Shown: positions 58,192 to 64,000 of the stretch, piece by piece
Numbering within the stretch: position 1 is the first letter of the stretch
How the letters are laid out: each line of letters begins with the position of its first letter
Source: a candidate division WS1 bacterium
Lineage (GTDB): Bacteria > Armatimonadota > Zipacnadia > Zipacnadales > UBA5352
Assembly: GCA_003566775.1 (NCBI GenBank)
Contig: PXBW01000215.1
Span: 3,529-67,528, forward strand
Length of the DNA stretch: 64,000 bases
Direction: 5' to 3'
Notes under the pieces: model-generated
The model's database searches: none
Told to the model about the DNA's origin: nothing
The model's input: only the letters and a program-made list of their open reading frames with translations
Program-made: the position numbers and the translations under genes

Positions 58192-60555
58192 TCATTCCTC
58201 CGGTCCGATCGAGATCATATCTACCTCGTACCAGTGACCTTCAGTCACCCTATTGGGCGCCCATGCCCCGAGGCGCAGGGCCTCCAGCACTTGAACCGCG
58301 GGATAACGCTCCCGGATCAGGCGCGCATCAAACTCAAGCTCATGCCACTGCTCGTCATCATGCAGCATCATGTCCGTCACGCGCATCTCCTCGGGGAAGC
58401 CTTCCTCCGGGCTTACCGCCACTATGGCTACCCTCGTAGCCTCGGCGGCGGTGCCGAATGCGCGCAGGTGCAGTGACGCCGGCGTGCCCTCGCCGATTCG
58501 GTAGCGGACCCTCACCAGCGGAAACTCGTCGATGTCCCACCCCGGTGGCTGAGTCCAGCAGGGCATCCGCGCTCCGTCCTCAGGTGCCTCAACGCGCATG
58601 TAGCCGCGACCGGTGTCGGGATCGAGGATGCGCTCCCACCGCGTCGGCTGCGGGCGGTAGGTCTGCCAGCGCCACCACCACTCCTCGTCATCGGCGTCGA
58701 AGGTGGTCAACAGCAGAGGAAGTTCCGGGCTGCGCGGTCGTTCGACAACGACGTAGCCTGTTCCGCGATGCGTATTACCCTCAACGTCGGTCACCCGCAC
58801 CCGGATCGGATAGTCATACTCCTCTTCGTATCTGTGCGTGACCTCCGCGCCTTCGGCGATGGTGTCGTTGCCGAGTTGCCAGCGAATCTCCGCGGGATCG
58901 AGTTCGCCGTGCAGCACCGCGCGGAGTGTCACCGGCTGCCCCGGCTCTGCGATGAAGGGCTCGACAGCAACCTGAACGCTCGGTCGGCCATCTGCGCCGT
59001 GCTCGTACACGCCGATGTCCGGGGCCTCGTCCGCCCACGGAAGGCTCACCGGATCGGCGTCCTGCCATTCTACCGAGCGGTCGAGTGTGAGCAGGCCCCG
59101 CTCGCCGTCCCGTTCGACGACGCGGGCGGGCTGCTGCGTTTCACCTACCACGATCAGATCTCCCCGCTCGCCCTCGATGCCGAAGCCGTCGTAGAAGTAC
59201 CACGCGTCCTCGACGGGAAGCTGTGTACCCTCTCCGGCACCCACCGCCCGGGTGAAGGGCCGCCCCGCATTGCGCAGAGGGCTATCATCCGCGAGCGCGT
59301 GGTTGTAACCGTCTGCATCCACGAATCCGGGTATCACGTCGAGATTATCCTCGTAGCGGAGACCGTGTTCGGCGATCCACCCGGCCGACTGCACCTCGCT
59401 TACGCTGCGCGCTCCGTCATGATCCTGCACGACGCCGACGCGCCCCGGTTCATCAGCGACGAAGACGTTGTTGAGCGCTCGCACCGTCTCCGGGTCACCG
59501 CCGCGCAGTAGAAGCTGCCGGTAACCGCCCCAGCGGTCGTTGCGAGAGAACACGTTACCGGTCAGCACCACGTTCTGGACGTAGTCGCTGCCGGAGTGGA
59601 TGAACATCCCGTACTGGTAGTTATCGTCGAGTACATTGTTGTACATGCGCACGTCGGTGAAGAAGAGCGTCTGTTCATCGCGGCCGCGCACCCGGTAGGG
59701 GAAGCCGTTCACCGGACCGCCCCAGTTGCGGAAGATGCGGTTGAAGCGGAAGATCGATCGCTCAGACAGGCACTTCGCCTGCGCATCGGCAGAGCGGCCG
59801 CTGTTGACCGCGTTGGTGATGATATTGTCCTCGAAGAGCAGATCATGGGTGGAGAAGTGCTCGAAGTTGCGTCCCCACGCGGCGTGGAAGACGTTCCCCC
59901 GCACAACGATCCATCGGTTCGAACGCTCCGGGAAGAACTGAAAGGGCGAGTGCCCGGCCCGGCTGATCGAATTGCCTTCGACCAGCACGCGGTTCGAGGT
60001 GTTCACCCGGAACATATTCCCGCCCTCATAGCGATGGATGATGCTGTCGAGCACCTGTACCTGATCGCTGCGCACGATCTCCATCGGCATACCCCCGCCC
60101 GCGTCCTCGAGGCGGCAGTCCTCTATGCGCACGTACTCGCTGTCACGGACCAGTATCCACCTGCCGCGGCGCGGCTCGGGCTGCAGATGCAGTCCCTCGA
60201 TGCGCACGTGCGAGACCTCATCGAGTAACACCGCGTGGGTGTCGTCACCGCTGCCGATGAGGCGGGCCCCTCGCCGTGGCTCGGCGCGGAAGACGATTGG
60301 CGCGTCTGCGCTTCCGGAGTTCACCGGGCGCAGGGTTCCGGGGTAGTCACCGGCCAGAAGTGTCACCATGTCCCCGGCCTCGGCCGCCTCTGAGGCCTTC
60401 GCGAGAGTTCGCCACGGATTGTTGCGATCGCCCGTTGCGTTATCGTCTCCATCAGGCGAAAGATAGTACTCCGCCGCCGGCAGCGGTGCCGCCATCAGTG
60501 CGCAACCTATGATGATGACGGTTGTGAGAGATGAAGGTGCGAATAGCTGTCGCAT
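58192..60555 (-). CDS. secreted right-handed parallel beta-helix protein with PKD domain and C-terminal unknown domain (paralog C)
   Basis: Signal peptide MRQLFAPSSLTTVIIIGCALMAAPLPA, then AEYYLSPDGDDNATGDRNNPWRTLAKASEAAEAGDMVTLLAGDY. Beta-helix repeats follow, then PGFVDADGYNHALADDSPLRNAG and a PKD-like block (IRWQLGNDTIAEGAEVTHRYEEEYDYPIRVRVTDVEGN). The start is at ATG 60555 (AGGAGG RBS); the six-frame ORF extends to 60615. Confidence 0.7.
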   Translation of the reverse strand: MRQLFAPSSLTTVIIIGCALMAAPLPAAEYYLSPDGDDNATGDRNNPWRTLAKASEAAEAGDMVTLLAGDYPGTLRPVNSGSADAPIVFRAEPRRGARLIGSGDDTHAVLLDEVSHVRIEGLHLQPEPRRGRWILVRDSEYVRIEDCRLEDAGGGMPMEIVRSDQVQVLDSIIHRYEGGNMFRVNTSNRVLVEGNSISRAGHSPFQFFPERSNRWIVVRGNVFHAAWGRNFEHFSTHDLLFEDNIITNAVNSGRSADAQAKCLSERSIFRFNRIFRNWGGPVNGFPYRVRGRDEQTLFFTDVRMYNNVLDDNYQYGMFIHSGSDYVQNVVLTGNVFSRNDRWGGYRQLLLRGGDPETVRALNNVFVADEPGRVGVVQDHDGARSVSEVQSAGWIAEHGLRYEDNLDVIPGFVDADGYNHALADDSPLRNAGRPFTRAVGAGEGTQLPVEDAWYFYDGFGIEGERGDLIVVGETQQPARVVERDGERGLLTLDRSVEWQDADPVSLPWADEAPDIGVYEHGADGRPSVQVAVEPFIAEPGQPVTLRAVLHGELDPAEIRWQLGNDTIAEGAEVTHRYEEEYDYPIRVRVTDVEGNTHRGTGYVVVERPRSPELPLLLTTFDADDEEWWWRWQTYRPQPTRWERILDPDTGRGYMRVEAPEDGARMPCWTQPPGWDIDEFPLVRVRYRIGEGTPASLHLRAFGTAAEATRVAIVAVSPEEGFPEEMRVTDMMLHDDEQWHELEFDARLIRERYPAVQVLEALRLGAWAPNRVTEGHWYEVDMISIGPEE

Positions 60556-60702
60556 CAGTGGACCTCCTGCGAGCTTTCGTTCCACGCACTTTGCGTCGAT
60601 CTTCAGGTTGCGCAAAGATCAGTATCTCAAGAGCGAGCGGAGGTGGTTGATCTGCCACCCCCGCTCGCCCTCAGAACTCGACCATCTCTGTGCAGTTATC
60701 TG

Positions 60703-61407
60703 TTACGGCGTCCAGATCAGGCCGGGGAAGTCCTGGTTGACGGCTTCGCCGGCGAGAGCGCGGCTCTCCCAGTCGTCGTAAGGCACACTCACCCACCTGG
60801 CATGGCCGTCCACCAGGCCGATATTGGCGCCCTCATTGTGCCGGGCCGGGATAATATTGCGGATCGAGCCATCTCTCACCTGGATCCTGCGCTGGGTGTA
60901 GTAGGACTGGTGCGCTCCTGTGCTGTAACTCTCGGTGGTCAGGATCGTGCTTGAGGGCTGCTCAATCTCCGCAAGGAGTCTCGGCCGAACGTTGGGATCC
61001 GCCCCGGGACTGCCCCAGTGACCACCGCAGATCATCCGATTCGCGCCGTAGTTGCCGATAGTGGTTCGCTCGCCTGCCCATCTCCAGGGAGAGGAAGGGC
61101 AGTTGAAGACGTCGATATTCATCACGTAGGGGTAGATTATGGCCGGCCACAGTCCCCAGGCATTCGTCGTGTTGTTGGGATACTGGACCAGGCCATCCGT
61201 CAGGTACATCACCATGGGAAGCACTTCATCGTAGTCCTGAATGTAGGTGACCTGGGCGAGTGTCAGTTGCCTCATGTTCGAGAGGCAGGAGGTCTGGCGC
61301 GCCCTTTCGCGCGCCCTTGCGAAGACCGGGAATAGAATCGCTGCCAGGATAGCTATGATCGCTATCACCACCAGCAGTTCGATGAGGGTGAAGCCCTTGT
61401 GTCGCAT
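60703..61407 (-). CDS. prepilin-type N-terminal cleavage/methylation domain protein, DUF1559 (H-X9-DG) family
   Basis: [41 protein letters not shown] and C-terminal [30 protein letters not shown] is present. Confidence 0.8.
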   Translation of the reverse strand: MRHKGFTLIELLVVIAIIAILAAILFPVFARARERARQTSCLSNMRQLTLAQVTYIQDYDEVLPMVMYLTDGLVQYPNNTTNAWGLWPAIIYPYVMNIDVFNCPSSPWRWAGERTTIGNYGANRMICGGHWGSPGADPNVRPRLLAEIEQPSSTILTTESYSTGAHQSYYTQRRIQVRDGSIRNIIPARHNEGANIGLVDGHARWVSVPYDDWESRALAGEAVNQDFPGLIWTP

Positions 61408-61664
61408 GTGCGGTACACCTCCGGCGCAGCGGTAATTGTTGGCCCATCATCTTCGTATTCTACCCTGGGAGTCACAACTCCTCTGTGGATAACGGAACCT
61501 CTGAACACGGGTCACGTCAGTAATGGTTGAGCCCGAGGAAGGGTTTTGTGCGCCTCTGGAGAAGATGAACTGCAGCACCACGATAAGTCCGCAGCGGGAT
61601 CATCTCGGACATCGATGCAATGCTCGATCACACGCTTCTGTGAAGAAAGAGGAGAGGAAGGAAT

Positions 61665-63290
61665 GTGACGATGATGAATCGCGTTCAACTCTGCTCGACG
61701 GGTTTGCTCGTAGCCGCCATGCTGGTATGCATCGCGCCGGCGCAGGCGGACAATCACCGTATTGAGGCGGTTCGCACTTTCGCCGAAAACGTGCTCGAAC
61801 ACGGGCGTGACACTCTGCGTGACGAGCCGACACCGCTGTTCGTGGACGGCCTGAACGTGGACACCCTTGAGCCGGTGCGCTGGGTACACGACGGACAGGA
61901 GTGGATCCCGTCGAACCTCGCCAGCCATCAGAACCTTTTCCGCACGCTGGTCGGCCTGACCAATCTCACCGGCGACCAGGAGTACCGACAGGCGGCGCAT
62001 GATGCGATGGCCTGGGGTTTCGAGCATCTGCAGCACGAGAACGGCCTTATGTACTGGGGCGGTCACCGCTTCATCGACCTTGCCACCGGCGAGGCGGTGG
62101 GGGAGGGTTATCGGCACGAATTCAAGAACCACTTCCCCTACTACGAGTTCATGTGGGAGGTCAATCCGGAGGCTACCCGGAGATTCCTCGATGCCTTCTG
62201 GAATGCGCACATCATGGACTGGAGTACGCTCGATATGAATCGGCATGGGGCGTACGAGACCGAGTTCGAAGATCCATGGACCCATAGCTGGGAAGGGTCC
62301 GAACCGTTCTTCGAGGGAAGAGGCCTCACCTTCATTAACACCGGAACCGACTTGATCTACTCGGCAGCGATACAGTACGTGCTCACCGGCGAGGAACGCG
62401 CGCTCGAGTGGTCGAAGCGCCTCGCCGAACAATATGTAAATGCTCGGCATCCCGAGACCGGCCTCGGCGTCTATCAGTTCTCGCAGCTTCGCGACGGTCG
62501 CGACCGTGCGAAGGTGCAGTTCGGCCCTGAGTGGGGCGACGTGGCGCTCGAGGGATGGATGCTCCGTGCGCCCAACTCGATCTACGGCGCCAACGGTCGT
62601 ATTCAACTCCAGCTTGCGGAGATGCTGGGTGAAGAGGGGGAGGAGTTCGTTCAGTGGACCGTTGATGGACTGCGCGCCTGGGCGGAGTACGGGTACGACG
62701 CCGAGGAGAACACGAACCGCATCATGTGGGCGGACGGAACCGATCTGACCGGCTACGAGATCAAGCGCGACGGCTACTACGGCGATGAAGGTCGCGTGTT
62801 GAGTGGAGGCCGCCCGTCGGCGGAGATGATAGAGGCGTACCTGCTTGGTTATCGTCTCTCGGGTGATGAGACGTTGTGGGAGACCGCTCGCGCAATGTCC
62901 CGACACCGCGGGGTCGGCGACATCGGCTCCTCCCCGGGCGTGGACGTGGATGTCGACCTTGAGACGGATAATTCCGATCCGATCATGCTCCACGCGGTGC
63001 TTGAGCTTTGCCGCTCGAGCGACCATCAGGACTATCGAGCACTTGCAGAGCGTATCGGTGACAACATAGTCGAGCAGCGCTTTCACAACGGCTTCTTCCT
63101 GCCGAGTTCCGAGCACATCAACGCAAGGGTCAGCGCTCACGAGCCTCTCGCACTGCTTGCGCTGGAGGCCACTCTGCGAGGAGAGCCCGAGTTGGTGGCA
63201 ATGCGAGGGGGCACGGGCTTCTTCCATGGCCCTCACGACGGCATCGGACGAACCTACGACAGCAGAGCGATATTCAACGTCCGCAGGTAG
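61665..63290 (+). CDS. secreted alpha-helical enzyme-like protein, possibly polysaccharide lyase (PL10/pectic-acid-lyase-like); family assignment tentative
   Basis: Signal peptide MTMMNRVQLCSTGLLVAAMLVCIAPAQA. It is 541 aa, Trp/Tyr/His-rich with repeated aromatic motifs (WGGHRF, YYEFMWEV, WNAHIMDW) typical of (alpha/alpha)-toroid carbohydrate-active enzymes. It lies in a locus of beta-helix enzymes. I cannot verify the family without a search. Confidence 0.45.
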   Translation: MTMMNRVQLCSTGLLVAAMLVCIAPAQADNHRIEAVRTFAENVLEHGRDTLRDEPTPLFVDGLNVDTLEPVRWVHDGQEWIPSNLASHQNLFRTLVGLTNLTGDQEYRQAAHDAMAWGFEHLQHENGLMYWGGHRFIDLATGEAVGEGYRHEFKNHFPYYEFMWEVNPEATRRFLDAFWNAHIMDWSTLDMNRHGAYETEFEDPWTHSWEGSEPFFEGRGLTFINTGTDLIYSAAIQYVLTGEERALEWSKRLAEQYVNARHPETGLGVYQFSQLRDGRDRAKVQFGPEWGDVALEGWMLRAPNSIYGANGRIQLQLAEMLGEEGEEFVQWTVDGLRAWAEYGYDAEENTNRIMWADGTDLTGYEIKRDGYYGDEGRVLSGGRPSAEMIEAYLLGYRLSGDETLWETARAMSRHRGVGDIGSSPGVDVDVDLETDNSDPIMLHAVLELCRSSDHQDYRALAERIGDNIVEQRFHNGFFLPSSEHINARVSAHEPLALLALEATLRGEPELVAMRGGTGFFHGPHDGIGRTYDSRAIFNVRR

Positions 63291-63431
63291 AATCGTCGAG
63301 GTCACTGTATCCGGCCGATGCGGTCACATATCGGCCGCGATTCCTGTTCGGAGATCAGATCACACAGGCCACGGTACTTTCATCAACCGGACGGCCGCCG
63401 TCCGGCAAAATCAGTCCAGGGAGCGTGATGC

Positions 63432-64000
63432 ATGCAGGTAACACAGTTGACTGTCGCAGCCGTAGCGATGGCGCTTCTGCTCACCATCGGAAGCGGCCTG
63501 GACGTGCAGGCGGATGACACGCCGGATCGCCTCGAGGCGGTTCGCATCTTCGCCGACAACGTGCTCGAACACGCGCGGGATGTCTATCGGGAAGAGCCGA
63601 CCCCGTTGTTCGTTGACGGGTTGGTAGTGGACACTTACGAGCCGGTGCGCTGGGTTCACGACGAAGAGGAGTGGATCCCTTCAAACCTCGCCAGCCACCA
63701 GAACCTGTTTCGCACCCTCGTGGCGCTCACGAATCTCACCGGTGACGAGAAGTACCGGCAGGCCGCGCATGATGCGATGGCTTACGGCTTCGAGAACCTG
63801 CAGCATGAGAACGGTCTGCTTTACTGGGGCGGGCACCGCTTCCTCGACCTGCTTTCCGGTGAGGCGGTAGGTGAGGGCTATCGGCACGAGTTCAAGCATC
63901 ACTATCCGTTCTACGAGTTCATGTGGGAGGTCGATCCTGAGCGGACCCAGCTATTCCTGGAAGCCTTCTGGAACGCTCACATCATGGACTGGGGCACGCT
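63432..64000 (+). CDS. tandem paralog of the preceding secreted alpha-helical enzyme-like protein, 3'-truncated by the window edge
   Basis: ATG at 63432 gives MQVTQLTVAAVAMALLLTIGSGLDVQA (signal peptide). This is followed by ...RLEAVRIFADNVLEHARDVYREEPTPLFVDGLVVDTYEPVRWVHDEEEWIPSNLASHQNLFRTLVALTNLTGDEKYRQAAHDAMAYGFENLQHENGLLYWGGHRF..., about 75% identical to the N-terminal region of the 61665 gene. The frame is open to the window end. Confidence 0.5.
   Translation, partial: MQVTQLTVAAVAMALLLTIGSGLDVQADDTPDRLEAVRIFADNVLEHARDVYREEPTPLFVDGLVVDTYEPVRWVHDEEEWIPSNLASHQNLFRTLVALTNLTGDEKYRQAAHDAMAYGFENLQHENGLLYWGGHRFLDLLSGEAVGEGYRHEFKHHYPFYEFMWEVDPERTQLFLEAFWNAHIMDWGT

Noticed and set aside
1-64000. 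CRISPR arrays, IS elements, integrases, prophage genes
   Set aside because: No short direct repeat arrays, no DDE/tyrosine-recombinase-like ORFs, and no phage structural genes were seen in any frame. The only tRNA (Gln) is not flanked by an integrase or direct repeats.

Overview
This is a high-GC (~63-65%) bacterial chromosomal segment; I found no CRISPR array, transposase, integrase or prophage signature. It carries three paralogous prepilin-type N-terminal cleavage/methylation proteins of the DUF1559 (H-X9-DG) class, which points to a Planctomycetota/PVC-like or Armatimonadota-like lineage. Most of the window is housekeeping. On the plus strand: uvrD/pcrA helicase, dnaE, and a his operon (hisD-hisB-hisH-hisA-hisF-[type I PRTase]-hisI). 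On the minus strand: tldD-pmbA, ftsY-smc, galK, and the chain hypB-hypA-rsmA(ksgA)-ispE-nucleotidyltransferase-tRNA-Gln(UUG)-rplY(ctc)-pth, followed by folD and a folate cyclodeaminase-like gene. Three regions stand out. (1) The window opens with the C-terminal ~500 aa of an NPPF-motif N6-adenine DNA methyltransferase (restriction-modification or BREX-like), followed by uvrD and an ADP-ribosylglycohydrolase. (2) A translationally coupled seven-gene minus-strand operon (5603-12944) is headed by a GlmL/MutL-family (DxGSTxTK) actin-fold protein and continues through a barrel-hybrid-like protein, four membrane or secreted proteins, and a signal-peptide-bearing SAM methyltransferase; I know of no characterised system with this composition. 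(3) A glycan-active accessory locus (49.1-64 kb) holds three paralogous secreted right-handed beta-helix + PKD + unknown C-terminal-domain proteins. Two of them are each preceded by a DUF1559 pseudopilin-like gene. The locus also contains a DUF3604/PHP-like protein and two tandem secreted alpha-helical enzyme paralogs that may be PL10-like, the second running off the window end. Several structured inverted repeats lie in the leaders of the beta-helix genes. The many long reverse-strand ORFs in the six-frame track are GC-driven shadow ORFs and were not called.
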